Shown in pieces: positions 23,882-38,235 of a stretch of DNA of 64,000 nucleotides. The notes under the pieces are model-generated. The model was given only the letters and a program-made list of their open reading frames with translations. It was not told the DNA's origin and did not search any database. The translations under genes were made by a program, and so were the position numbers. Origin of the DNA: Podarcis liolepis. Taxonomy: Eukaryota. Position 1 is the stretch's first letter; the number at the start of each line of letters is the position of its first letter. Where the stretch lies: NCBI GenBank assembly GCA_965112155.1, contig OZ218098.1, one strand, 5' to 3'.

Positions 23882-24381
23882 TGGACATTACTTGGAATGT
23901 AGAAAATAATAGCATGAAACACATTAAGGCTATACAGTCACGTTCAGTATGTGAATGTGATACTATTTGCTATACATTCATTTGCTACAAATATTTTCAT
24001 TGTAGGGAATCTAATTTTGCCCTAATAACAGGAAAGGCTGATTGTATCCTATAGCCTTCTCAATGAGACAGAAAAGCGAATGCAGAGTGAGGGAAGTCTG
24101 GTCCTAATAGTTGCCCTGGAACAGCTAAATCTGCTCCACGTATTCTGTCAGGTGGGGGCCAGTAGCTGGGCATAGTTTGTGGGAAAGCCTTCCCAGTCAA
24201 ATTAGGACCCCTGTCAGGCCTGGTTAGATCTGAGGACCATAGAGAAAGGGCAGAGAGGTTCCATATGGGTTTCTCTACAGACAGTATAGTATTGTAAAAT
24301 TCAGCGCCTGTGATTTGTTTAGCAGGAAAACGTTTTCTGAGTTGCGGGTGTGTTTTAAACCTCTTGGGCCTTGGTTTTCAG

Positions 24382-24587
24382 ATAAGAAGAAATCTAAGAA
24401 ACGACACTATGAGGAAGAAGACGAAGAAGAATATGATATCTCAGGCAAAGATTCCCAGGAAGCAGTTCCCTCGGCAGCAGGGAAGCAAGTGGAAGATTCC
24501 TCAAACAAAATAGATGAATATGGAGCGAAAGACTACAGGAACCAGATGCTCTTAAAGGCTGATCATTCCTCACGCCCCTTGTGGGTG
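24382..24587 (+). CDS. ERCC3: ERCC3 exon 2
   Basis: 206 nt; [69 protein letters not shown]. Confidence 0.96.
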
Positions 24588-25043
24588 GTAAGTTCCATGA
24601 ACTTGGAATGCTCATGTTTCGGCAAAGGAAATGTATCAAAGTATTTGGATATATTGAGCTGGTTTGCATGTGATGTTGAGCCAAACTATGGCTTAGTGTG
24701 AACCCAGAGGTTCCCAGAGAGGAGATTGCAGCCCGTGTGCTTCTTCTATTATGCTCTTGCACTGACTTGAACTGTCCCAACCTATACTCATGGACTGGAA
24801 TAATATATGTGCCTTTAAACGTTACCCTTTAAGTTCTTTTTAAGTGATGCATTCCCCCCCCCCTTCTTCCAAGGAGCTCACAGCTCTGGGTAGCATGCAT
24901 GGATGCTTACAACACGCATTTGCCCTTACAACAACCATGTGAGGTGGGCTAGGCCATCAGTATATAGTGGCCCCAAATCACCCAAAGTGAAGCTTCATGG
25001 CATTTGAACCTGGGTCTTTCCATTCCTGCTCCAACCACTACAC

Positions 25044-25978
25044 CAGTGTTTCCCAACCGGTGTTCCGCGGCACACTAGTGTGCCGTGAGATGTTGCCTGG
25101 TGTGCCGCGAGATGTTGCCTGGAGGGAGGCGGGCGAGGGCGTTTGCTTCCCGGAGGACTTGTGGGAAGCCGCCCCTTCCCTGGGCGACGCGCCGCCTCGC
25201 GACTCCGGAGTCAGTCCCGAGGGCTCTCAGAGGGACTCGCGAGCGACGGCGCGGCGGCTCCGGGGCGTGCTCAGCCGGGCCGCCGCGCGTCCCCGCGCAG
25301 CCCCTGCTGCAGCTGCCCGGCGTGGAGCGCGACGCGGAGCCGGCCGGGCTTGGAGGCGCCCAGGTAGGGCCGAGCCGGGCGGGGGCGGGGAGGTCTCGGT
25401 CTGCTGCGGGCGCAGGAGGGCGAGCGGGAAAGGGGGAGCCGTCGGGTCTCCTGGAAGGAAGCGAGGCGGCGGCTGAGGGGGATGCAGCCCCGTCCCCAGC
25501 AACAGGCGCTCCTCGAAGTGAGGCCACAAGTCGGGGCTCGGACAGGGCCTGGAAGCAGCGGCTCCGGCTCTTGGGAGCGGAGAAGGGGACTTCGAAAGCG
25601 GCCTGGAGGAGAAAAGCCCCGATGCAGCGAGAGCGGGGAGCGTGCTGCCTTGTCCAGGCCTCCTCGCTTTGTGCCGTCCGCTGCCGGGAGCAGGACACGG
25701 GGGCTCCTCGTTCGCATGCTTTCCCGGGTGATCGGTGAGGGTTAGGGTTAGGGTTAGGGTCCCTCAGTCCCTCGCTTTGCTGCCTCCTCCCCCCCCCACC
25801 CCCAAAGCTTGGAGGTTCCCCGGCAAGGGGGAGGGAAAAAAATTGAAAGTTACACTTTCGTGCGTCCCTCCCGGCGTGACGCTGCGCGCTGACGTCACGG
25901 GGCTGTAATGGTGGTGTGCCTCGAGATTTTTTTCATCAAACAAGTGTGCCTTTGCCCAAAAAAGGTTGGGAAACACTG
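25044..25978. mobile_element. 935-bp non-autonomous hAT (Charlie-like) element with GC/CpG-rich cargo, in ERCC3 intron 2
   Basis: Perfect 15-bp TIR CAGTGTTTCCCAACC / GGTTGGGAAACACTG; perfect 8-bp TSD CACTACAC (25036-43, 25979-86); subterminal GTGTGCC motifs; nested in an old MIR-like SINE. Confidence 0.93.
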
Positions 25979-26202
25979 CACTACACAATTGGCTTTGGGT
26001 GAAATTGTTTTATTATGAATTTTAATTATGTATAGTTTTTTTAATATTCAAATTTATACTTCTTACGTTGCCATTGGGTTTATTTGTTGGTGAACTGCCT
26101 TGGTATTCTCAAAAAAGAGGGCGGGAAATAAATTCTTTTAATAATGATGAGCATGCAGATAATAAAAAGTATTATTACCATTGATGCTTGCCTTTTTTGT
26201 AG

Positions 26203-26448
<246 letters not shown>

Positions 26449-26998
26449 TAATCATTATCAGCTTGTTTTACTTTAAAACTAATAATATAACAACAACAAC
26501 ACAACAGCAGTCGTTGCTGTGCTTGGAGCTGCCCAAAAAATCGGTGCACAACTTAACATGATCTTCAATAGATGAGTGGTGGAGACTTGCCAGTCCCAAA
26601 GTCACTCATTTAAGTGGAGTACAGCAGCGAAAAGAAGGAGGAAGCTAAACACTGAGGATCGGGCATCATGAAGAAGTGGATAGGTAGCTCAGTGGAGCAA
26701 TGTTCTATGGATGCTGCAAAAGCACAGCCACTTGCTGCTGCGAATCTCGGCCAGGATTTTGCAAGCTAGTTCTGGTCAAAGCTGAGAGCGGATCTTTGCT
26801 ATCAGGTTATCATGGGGCTAAGCCATGGTGTCTGTCTTCCACCCCTGGGCATAACATTTAGGAGAACTTCTCATGTGCATTCTATCCTTCACATAGTGAG
26901 CACTGCCTCGTTTCAGTAGGTGCCATGGCATGGAATGAAGGTGGGGCAACCTACTGTGTGATGCGCAGGATTCATGTGGCCGTGGGAGTTGTCTAAAT

Positions 26999-27237
26999 CT
27001 CCGGTAGCCAATATGGTGCCCTCCAGATGTTGTTCAACAACTCCCTTTAGCTGCTGCCAGTATGGCCGATGGTTGAGGATGAGAGGGCCTGGCTGCCCAT
27101 GGTCTAAGCCAGGGTTTCCAGTTCCCTGCTGTTTTTAGACTACAGTTCTCATCATCCCTGACCATTGGTCCTGCTAGCTAGGGATGATGGGAGTTGTAGC
27201 CCAACAGCAGCAGGAGACCCAAGTTTGGGAAACCCTG
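26999..27237. mobile_element. Two tandem short hAT (MER5/URR-like) MITEs
   Basis: Second element CAGGGTTTCC...GGAAACCCTG (27110-27237) has TSD GTCTAAGC/GTCTAAAC; first element (26999-27101) is decayed and preceded by GTCTAAAT. Confidence 0.65.
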
Positions 27238-27415
27238 GTCTAAACTAACTTTTTGAAAATGTGAGGCCTTTGTTCTCTTTCATGTTTCAGGCAACTTGAC
27301 CATGTAGCCTGCCTTGTTGGTGATCTTGTGAAATAAGTTGCAACATTACTCTCACCATGTGTATAATGCAAATTGAATTTCTTCAGAAGTTGTTTCGCAT
27401 ATTATTGTTTTGCAG

Positions 27416-27465
27416 CTTTGTACAGTCAGCTATGGGAAGGTCAAGCTGGTCCTGAAGCACAACAG
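27416..27465 (+). CDS. ERCC3: ERCC3 exon 4
   Basis: 50 nt; LCTVSYGKVKLVLKHNR. Confidence 0.96.
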
Positions 27466-27834
27466 GTAAGCAGGTGTTTGCTTTTTGAGTTGCAGGGGAT
27501 TATTTCCCAACCCATTCCCAAATCCCAAATAAGAGCTGATTACTGAGTTTCGGCTGGGGTGCTGCTTGAGTGAATTATGTTCTGTTATAGAATGCCATTG
27601 CAGAAAGCGGTGTGATTGGAGAAGCAATGTTCTTAACACACTGCCTCTTTAAAAACTGTCGTCAAGTATTAACTGTGCCATTACTTCACAGTTATATGAC
27701 ATAGCATCCTAGCAAAGTGTGTCATACAGAGGAGCAACATGCCCCATGGAGGCAGACCTTCTGTAAAATGGTGGTAGATGTTGCTAACATTTGTGAAATC
27801 TATAGAATTCCCTCTCCTTTTCTCTACTTCCTAG

Positions 27835-27970
27835 GTATTTTGTAGAAAGCACCCACCCTGAAGTCATTCAGCAGCTTCTCCAGGACCCAGTTATTAGAGA
27901 CTGCCGACTAAGGAATGCAGAAGGGGAAGAAACTGAACTCATCACTGAAACATTCACGAGTAAATCAGCT
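27835..27970 (+). CDS. ERCC3: ERCC3 exon 5
   Basis: 136 nt; [45 protein letters not shown]. Confidence 0.96.
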
Positions 27971-28324
27971 GTACGTTGAGATTCTGGACCACCTTTTTAT
28001 GTAATATGTCCCCTTCTTTCTTGACTAGAAGCTGTAGAAAAGCTTACCTTCCTGCTGTACTCATCCCATTGAGTTTCCCACTCCATTGGAGGTATCAGAG
28101 ATGGCCATGAGGCATGTTGGTTACATGTTTCGCTGGGACACTCTACTTCTCTTCTTCTGCCAGCTGTCCTCACTGCTGTATGGCAGTGATGTGGGGCTCC
28201 TGCTTATTTGCAGCCTGTATTGGAGTACAACTTGTCTACTTAGTTGTCTTTTACAAGGTCCTCAGCAGCTACCGTAATTGATAGAACTTAAGCCTCTTTC
28301 TAGCCTGATGAATTTCTGTTCTAG

Positions 28325-28489
28325 ATTGCCAAGTCTAGTGAAGGGGGCAGTGGCCCTTCGACATCGCAAGGGACAGATGCTCAGGGTAAACCAGGTGTTC
28401 CTGCTGACTTATTTGAGTTTTACGAACAAATGGATAAGGATGAAGAGGAGGAGGAGGAAACCCAGACTGTGTCTTTTGAAGTGAAACAG
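28325..28489 (+). CDS. ERCC3: ERCC3 exon 6
   Basis: 165 nt; [55 protein letters not shown]. Confidence 0.95.
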
Positions 28490-29562
28490 GTAAAAAAAAA
28501 ACCCCATAAATTTGATGGCACCCCCATTGAGGAGTACCCTAGCCACATCATATTGAATATGGATTAATTCAGTTTTGCAGTAACAGCATGACTTGGCAGG
28601 ACATGGTTCTCCATGGTTGTTGTCAGCCCTTTGCTGCTTAGTTTGAAGAGCCATTTTCCTTCCTCCCAGGCTCAGTTGTATCTGTGGGTCCTTCAGTGAT
28701 CTTCAGTTTTGCATGCCATACTTCAGCCAACTGCCTTGGCAGTTTTGTGTGACCGCAGAACAATGTCCTTTAAACCAGTAAGACCAAATGTTCCTTAGAA
28801 ACTGATTTCTATTGTATGATGATTTGTCTGCAGCTGATAAGGTGAAGTGGATCTTGGCTATGTTAATGCAAACTGTTAACTTAAGTTTAGCACGGCAAAG
28901 TATATTGAATGGTCTTTCAACAGGTATACAGAGGAAGAACCAAGGCTACACATTCTGTTCCAAAGAGAATATCCTAATTCATGCTTAGTTTGGTCTGTGA
29001 ACATTAATAGTGGCTGCTCTTCCCTTCCACAGAAATAGAATAGAAATTGTATGGCTGTCTGTACCATAGGGAAACCAGAGCTGAGAATAGTTCTGGATTG
29101 AGCTCATGGCTTCAGTGAGTGTGCTCCTTCACAAGCAGGGGTAGGGAACCTGATAGGCCCTCCAGGTGTTGCTGGACTACAACTTCCATGATCCCTAACC
29201 ATTGGCCATACTGTTCACTCTTCTGGTTTCAAAGGCAAATTAGGAATTTTCTCCTGAATAACCTGAGTAGCGTAGAGTACATGTTACCTTATGTTCATGT
29301 GCACTCAGCCTGAGAAGTTGATCAGGATGAAGGTTAGATATTAAAACTGTAGTAAGTGCTTTCTGCATCCCCATCAGCTGGAGCTCTAAACATCAATCAA
29401 GTATATAAATGTAAACATATGCTAGAAAATTAAAGCATAGGAGTGATTTTTAAAAAGAGAGAGTTGATTTTCTTGTTGTGGCTCATAAAATGTGAGAAAC
29501 ATTTTCAGATTTGTCCATGATACCCAAAGTGTTGCAGCATGTATGTGTGTTTGTGTGCTAGC

Positions 29563-29620
<58 letters not shown>
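29563..29620. repeat. (TAA)n microsatellite
   Basis: Direct reading. Confidence 0.95.
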
Positions 29621-29767
29621 TCCCCTCCATCTTGATGGGCCACCCTAGCCACCAAACACATAGTCAAACATTAAAAGCTTCAGATATAGCAACCTGAGAT
29701 TCTTCTTTCAAGCCTTACAGGAAGATTGTAGCTGAAGCTCCCAGCGAATAGCAGAGTAGCAAAATGA

Positions 29768-30109
<342 letters not shown>

Positions 30110-30418
30110 TAATCTGAACTTTTATGGATATATATTTCTTGTGCTTGTAATGTCTCTTTTCATTCCTCTTGGAACAGCTTATCTGACTTACTCAGCTTGC
30201 ATCTACATTTGTCTTGAGAGTGTTACCTGGGTCAGATGTGCCAGTTAAACTTTTCCATATTTGTGTGACAGGCAGGACATGCATCACAAGTGCTTTTTTC
30301 ATATGACCACTTTATTAGATGTTCTCTCGATAGAATGCAGCTCTCTGGGGTCTTGTGCGCTTTCTATTCTGGATCCTTCCGCACCTTGAGCTGTGGTGCA
30401 TTTTAGGCACATTTTTGA

Positions 30419-30811
<393 letters not shown>

Positions 30812-30825
30812 TAAATCCAGCACTA

Positions 30826-31076
30826 CAGTCGTACTTTGGAAGTCGAATGGAATCCGTTCCAGAAGTCCATTTGACTTCTAAAACGTTTGGAAGCCAAAGT
30901 GTGGCTTCCGATTGGCTGCAGGAAACTCCTGCAGCCAATCAGAAGCTGCAGAAGCCCTGCCGGATGTTTGGGTGCCAAAAGAACGTTACCAATCCAGAAC
31001 ACTCACTTCCAGTTTTTTGGTGTTCCAGAGCCAAAACATCCAAGTTCCAGGGCTTTCGGGGTCCAAGGTACGGCTG
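30826..31076. mobile_element. Tc1/mariner-superfamily MITE
   Basis: TA-CAGTCGTACTTTGG...CCAAGGTACGGCTG; interior resembles 58829-59068 reversed. Confidence 0.72.
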
Positions 31077-31879
31077 TCATCTGGCTTCAAAAATTAATAC
31101 ATGTTTCGGAACCCTAACATGGGTGGAGCATATTGCAGTGCTGCTAGTTGCCCTTAAAACTGCTTTGTGAGCTTTCTCAAAACAAGTAGGAGCTGCATTT
31201 TTTGTAATACCTACTACTTGACTGTGATTGCTTTGTAGCCTCTCTTTTCATTATTCTTAAGCGGAGAGGGAGTGAAAACCCAGTATGGTTCACTATATGA
31301 CATTTAGATTTAGACAGGGGCTAAACGTATTGCAAAACTTGGAGATTTCATCTCTAAAATGCGGGACTAGGGGTGGGTGGAATCACAAACCATCTCACCA
31401 AAAATATTGGGTCTTCAAACCCCCCTGAAAAATACAATTTAAAAAGCATACTTTTTCTTACGAAATTTAATATTGTTCTGTTTATTTTAAAAATTATAAT
31501 AATGTGCTCGCCTTTCCATACTAGGATGGACTCCCTCCTCCCCCGAAATATGATATGATTTTGCAACTGGGAATTCTTCTTTTATTAAACAACTAATATA
31601 CTAAGGATGTGGTCTGTGTATATTTACTTGGAAGTATATCATACTAAGTTTAACAGACTTACAGGGAAGTATATATAGAATTGCAGCCTGGAATTCTAAG
31701 CATAGAGATTTAATTCCCATCTTGTAGGTTGTCCCTAGTTTTCTCAACTTCAAAAATTATAAAGAGGCTGCTTACTTTTGATTTGATTAATGCTTGTAGA
31801 GCATAAAAATAAGACTAGAGTAAAACTAAACCCACCTGGTTAAAAAAAAATTCTAATCTAATGTGGCTCTTTGAAATAG

Positions 31880-32266
<387 letters not shown>

Positions 32267-33023
32267 TAGCCACAGAATTGCTTTTTCTGTAGATCAATTT
32301 CTTTTTTCTAACCTAAAACTCTGAAATGTCTATCATTGGGTATATGGCCATTCTCCTATTCTGCAATGAGTTTTCCCCTATCATGGAATTTAAAATCAGG
32401 AAATAGGACTAACACAAATCATGGCAAGTTTTCCCAGTATTAAATCTGTTAGCTTTTCAGCTATTGCCACACAGCTGAAAAATGAAGATGCTACAAATAC
32501 TACAGTCTTAAGCACTCTTGAGCGATTGTTTGCTTACAGTGGATTTTTATATATATCCGCCTTACTAAAGCCCTTTTCTGGTATTCATCTTCTGAGTTAA
32601 AAAAGCACCATGGAGGGTGGCAGCAGTGATGAGTATGCTACTGTTCCTACTTAATTTGCTGGAGGGGGAAAACTAATACATTCATCTCTGTGCCTCTCTC
32701 CCCACCCCCAAGCGTTTGCTTAGTTCAGAAGAAGAATGCCTGAAGAGAGCTTTCGTCTTGCAAATAGACAGTATATAAAAATCCTCTCTCAGAAAGTTGC
32801 ATTTTGAGTTAACCCATTTTTACCATGTGAAATAACCAGTCTGCTTTGAAACACTCAGTTCTCCTCAGCAACAGCAGAGGGCAGCGCCCCATTGCATGAT
32901 CAGGCAACGCTGTGTTTGGGGCATGTGAGCTGAACTATTTCTTGTTAACTTGAAACTAGAGAGATGGATGGCAGGAACTGCTGCACAAGGTTTACTGCTC
33001 ATAAGGGTGGGAATACTGGATGA

Positions 33024-33455
33024 GCTGCAGCCAGAATGGTATTTGCCCAGAAGTGGGAAGAATTTGCTGTACCAACTAAGGAAGAGCGGCTGATTAAATT
33101 GATGGATTATGCTGAAATGGCAAAACTGGCAGGTGTAATAAGAAACCGGGGTGGGGTGGGGATCTTAAAGAATGGGGGGGGGTTATAGAATATTTTTAAA
33201 ATTCTGGCATACAAGCGCGTTCATTAGTAGGATTAATTTAAACCAAACAATTAAAATTGTACTAAGATAAATGGAAGAATAACCAAAAAAATGGAGTAAA
33301 GTGGAAAATGCAGTGTTATACAATCTAAATTAGAGAAGGAACCACAAAAGACTGGGTGAGGGAAGTCAAATATGCAATTGTATCAGAGGTATGTGTTTGT
33401 AAGGTGTGTATTTGTCAACTTTTGAAAAACGGAAAATAACATTTATTTTAAAAAG
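33024..33455 (+). mobile_element. L1-clade LINE 3' end fragment
   Basis: Translation AAARMVFAQKWEEFAVPTKEERLIKLMDYAEMAKL resembles the reptile L1 ORF2 C-terminus; A-rich end. Boundaries approximate. Confidence 0.6.
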
Positions 33456-34072
33456 AGAATACTGGATAATCTGGCAGGGTGACCCAGAGGCCTTAAAGTA
33501 CCCAAACCCAGAAATATCACTAAAAGTAGTCCACCCCATATTGGGGGGTGGGAGTGTGACATCACACATTTCTCTTATTTTTATTAAGCATTGCTTCACG
33601 TGCTGAAAGGTAGCAGTGTGAGAGGATGCACAGGTGAGTCATCCATCCTCAGCTCACGCTAGGTTTGGCTCCCATCCCAACAAGCTGCCTCTACCAATTT
33701 TCTCCGATTTTCCCTCTCTCTATTCTTGACCCTCACTAAAGGACTTGGGGTGGGGTGCGGGGGGCTGCAGTGTGAAGCAGAGAGCATATTTCCCTTTTAC
33801 AAGTGCTGCATTAGACACAGTGCATTGTGTTATGTTGTCCAGGGGATGCAGTGAATAATTTTTCTTCCTCTTTTTAGCTGTCCTTTAAAAAATTCACAAA
33901 CATCCTTTTTATGTTGTAAATGTCTGCTCTTGTTGAGGTGCTGTGTAGTTCCTTCATCCTTTTTATCATACAGCATAACCTTATAGACTTTTATCATAGT
34001 TCTCTTCTGAGAAATATCTTACAGAAATATTCTGACTGGAATCTAACTTAGTTTTATTTGGCTTAAACATAG

Positions 34073-34276
<204 letters not shown>

Positions 34277-37086
34277 TAAGTATTGAATGAAGGGTAAACA
34301 TGAATATATGTGTTATGGTTGCCCATGTGTTTCATATCCACAGTAAAATGGCATGGTGAACAGCATTGACTCACTTAGTCTTTTCCCAGTGCTGTCAAAA
34401 ATGGCATTTGGTTTTTCTGCTAATTCTCCTTCCTCTTAAAAAACAAACTATAGTGATGGGGAGCAAGAGAGTGTTATAAACATCTATACAATTTGCAGAA
34501 GCAATATTTGGAGGAAGGGTTCAAATCTTGGATCATATGTAAAATTGTATTCTAATTAAGAGATTGTATCCAACACCATTTGTGAGTGGAGCACACTGAG
34601 CCAGTTCCCACAGTACCAGGGCCTATAGAGCCAGAGTCCGGACCTTTAAAGGTGCCTTCCCCTGGGCTGGAGGAACTGAGGGCCTCACAAAGTACTTCAC
34701 CAATTCAACAGCACAAGAAGCGCACCAGGAGGCCATGAAGTGTGGGATAAATACCTGATTTCAGGCCAAGTGTTGGCCTTTTGTTCCCCAAAAGCAATGG
34801 AGCCTAAGAGTAGTGGACTGGAGGCCAAGACTTCGAAGGCCTCCGCTCACTTCTGCTCCCTGTCAGAGGAAGTTTTCCGTTTGGAGCTCTTGGCAGAACT
34901 GTGACACTGACCCCCCCCCCCATACCCTGTGGGCTCTTATGCAGGAGCAGAACTGGATACCTACATAAACTTTAAACTGAACAAAATGAGATTTTTATTA
35001 AGAAATGTTCAACGGTGTGGGGCTTGACTAGACAAAAGTGCTGTTGCTCAGAGAAAGCAACAGAACTTGTTTAATGTTGCTTTAACTACTCCCGGGTTGA
35101 AATTCCTGTTCTAGACTTCTAAAAAGGGGTTTATCTTTTGTGGAGAATTGTGAGGACAGTTGGAAACTTATTCAAATAAGTCACATTAGATACGTGTAGG
35201 CCGTAGTTCAGTCATAGTAACATGCTTTACATTTGGAAAGTTCAGATTCAGTCACTGACATCACCACTTAAAAATATCAGGGACCAGATGATGCAGAAGA
35301 AATCAAGTCCTTGGAGAGCCACCATCAAAGCAGACAATACTAGGCTAGGTGTACAACTGGTTTCATTAAGATGTAAAGAAAAACTGGTTTTATTATTATT
35401 ATTATTGGAGTGAGTTATGGTGAGGCTCTGGATTGCGTACTCTTCTGGCACAGCTGTGAGGAGGAGACGGAAGCTTTTGCATATGGACAGGCGGAGACCA
35501 AGACAACTTGGGTCCTAACCCATCATTTGAAGCTGACTTGATTCCACAAACCGTAGTTAAGATTAACCACAGCGTGCTCAAGTTCGGACGTAATGACAAG
35601 ATGCAGTTAATAAAAAATGGAAGGGAGAGCTTCCCACCTGCCTGTCATTGTGCTGGAAGAGGAGAGGGAGAGCAAAAGCACAAGAGCCCCAGCTTCACTT
35701 CAGCTGATTCCTTTAATGATAAACTATCATTAAATCCAAACACAACCAGTGTCTGACCTGGTAGAGCAGCTGCTTACAGTTGTTTGTTTTGAATTGACCT
35801 ACATTCTGAAACTTACCAGTTCATTATTTCCAACCCAGCGATGGTTGCTTTGCCAATATTTGCTGATGAATATAAGCATAACAGCAGTGCGGGAGCAAGT
35901 TTTACCACATGCTTTTTTGTTTCTATAGTTACAAATCACCTTTCCTCTTTGCCTCAGGACAGGGTATACTGTTTAATGTACAGGTACAAAAATGCTGTCT
36001 AAGGAACCATAGAAGTACTGTGTCGAGTGGTGCTCGTTACTGCACAAAACTGGGAAATTGCTCATGGTAGCTGGGAGATACTGTGCCCTCACTCTCAAGT
36101 CATGCTAAGCCGAGCTATGGTTTAGCATGAACGAGCAAAAGAGCAGAGGTTGAAGCCGCCATTCTCCCTCCCTTCACCAGCCATCTGGTTACTATGTCAG
36201 GCCATGGTTTCACTTAGTGTGTTGTTTGAACTATGGTTTGTGGTTTAGCTCTCTTCCAGACAAACCACGACCAGGAACCAAGGTCAGCTCTATGGTTTGC
36301 AACTCATACATTGTCTGGAGAGAGCTAGACAACAAATCTGCATAGTCTTAAGCATTGTTTGGCACTGCATGTGAACCTGGCCTGTGTGAATCTGAATCTA
36401 CCAAGAAACTGAAATCCATATATTCTCTCAGATGTGTTGTATATTTCCCTTTTTCTCTCTCTTCCTTTGGTTTTGTAAAAAGATACGGCTGCTCTTTTGT
36501 GTGGTTTCTTCTTCTTCTTTTTCTTTTTGGCCAAGTAAACAAGACATTTCTTCCTCCCTAGATGGTTTTACTTCTGTAAAGCCTAAACAGTCTCTTTTGT
36601 TGCTGTTCTTGACCAAGCTCTTTAGGCTCAGCAACCTGGATACTCTGTCCCAAAGGGTGCAGGGACGCTCCCAGAAAAAAATTAATCCACAGGGGCAGCT
36701 TGTTATGCAAGGACACGAGTGGGAAGGGGGAAGGGAGGACACAGCTGTTAATGTGCTAACTCAGTGAATTTAACAAAAGAAAACACCTTTTTTTTATTTT
36801 AACAGCTGCTGCTATCCTTTCATGTAGGATTAGCAGATAAATTCAGCCCACTGATCTGTTGAGTCAGGAGGCACACATCAAGCGGATAACATTTACAACT
36901 GTCTGGATTTATTTCTTTGGAAGGGGTGTCGGGAAGAATGGGTTTATCTTCAGGCGGGTGGGTCCTCAGTGCAGTCAGCAAAGAATGCTGCAAGGAAAGC
37001 AAAGTGTTTTTGTATTTTGAATGGAATGTGGAAAATATACGAAACAGATTTATTTTAAAATTCCCATGGTTTTCGAGTCTTCGTAA

Positions 37087-37335
<249 letters not shown>

Positions 37336-37471
37336 TGAAACGGCTATAATGTTGACAGAATTATTTATTTACTGTAGCCCACAAATCCGCGTTGCTTGTT
37401 AAAGAGTTGTTTGCTTTTATTTTCAATGCCGGAAACAACACATTTGTTAAGAGGTTGTTTCTGTATTGTAG

Positions 37472-37669
<198 letters not shown>

Positions 37670-38099
37670 TAGCCGGCTAAGCATGTACAATTTGCCATTG
37701 TGCTAGTTTGTCACTGTCAGCTCCAGGTCACAGGTTAAAACAAAATTCAAGGGTAGTTCTAAAACGTGCTGCAGTAGGGGGCCATCTTTCCCTTTGTCTT
37801 TCTTGCCTAATCGCTCCTCACATGACACTGAGCATTAGCATTTTGTATGTCTTGTAAAGACACACTTTTGCAGGCCTTGTTCTCAAGGGGCTCTGTTCTA
37901 ATTGTTCTTACTGAACTTCCAAGGCGGCAGTGTTAGAGTTCTAAGGTGTGTCTGTTGCATAGTACTAGGATCTTGGCATAGGATTTGAGGCTTGGATGAA
38001 CATGCTTCCTGCTGCTTTGCTGATCATTTTTAACACCTTGACCAGCAAAGGGCTCTATGCATGTGGCAGTGTGCTGCTGGCAGTAATGGCACCCAGCTC

Positions 38100-38235
38100 T
38101 TAGAATCGTAGGTTTGGAAGGGACCCCAAGGGTCATCTAGTACAGCCCCCTGCAGTGCAAGAATCTGTCACCCGACATGGGGCTCAAACCCACTTCCCTG
38201 AGATTAAGAATCTCATGCTTTTCCCGACAGATATC
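38100..38235 (-). mobile_element. Short SINE: tRNA-Lys(CTT)-derived head fused to a CR1 3' tail
   Basis: Minus strand 38235-38169 reads GTCGGGAAAAGCATGAGATTCTTAATCTCAGGGAAGTGGGTTTGAGCCCCATGTCGGGTG (decayed tRNA-Lys), immediately followed by CR1 tail ...GATGACCCTTGGGGTCCCTTCCAAACCTACGATTCTA. Confidence 0.78.

Noticed and set aside
24997-25745. Stack of long overlapping ORFs (up to 217 aa) on both strands
   Set aside because: Expected from stop-codon scarcity in very GC-rich DNA; low-complexity Ala/Arg/Gly/Pro content with no domain; lies inside a TIR-bounded element.
38169-38235. Possible tRNA-Lys gene
   Set aside because: Acceptor stem and D/T arms are degenerate and it is fused to a CR1 tail, so it is a SINE head rather than a functional tRNA.
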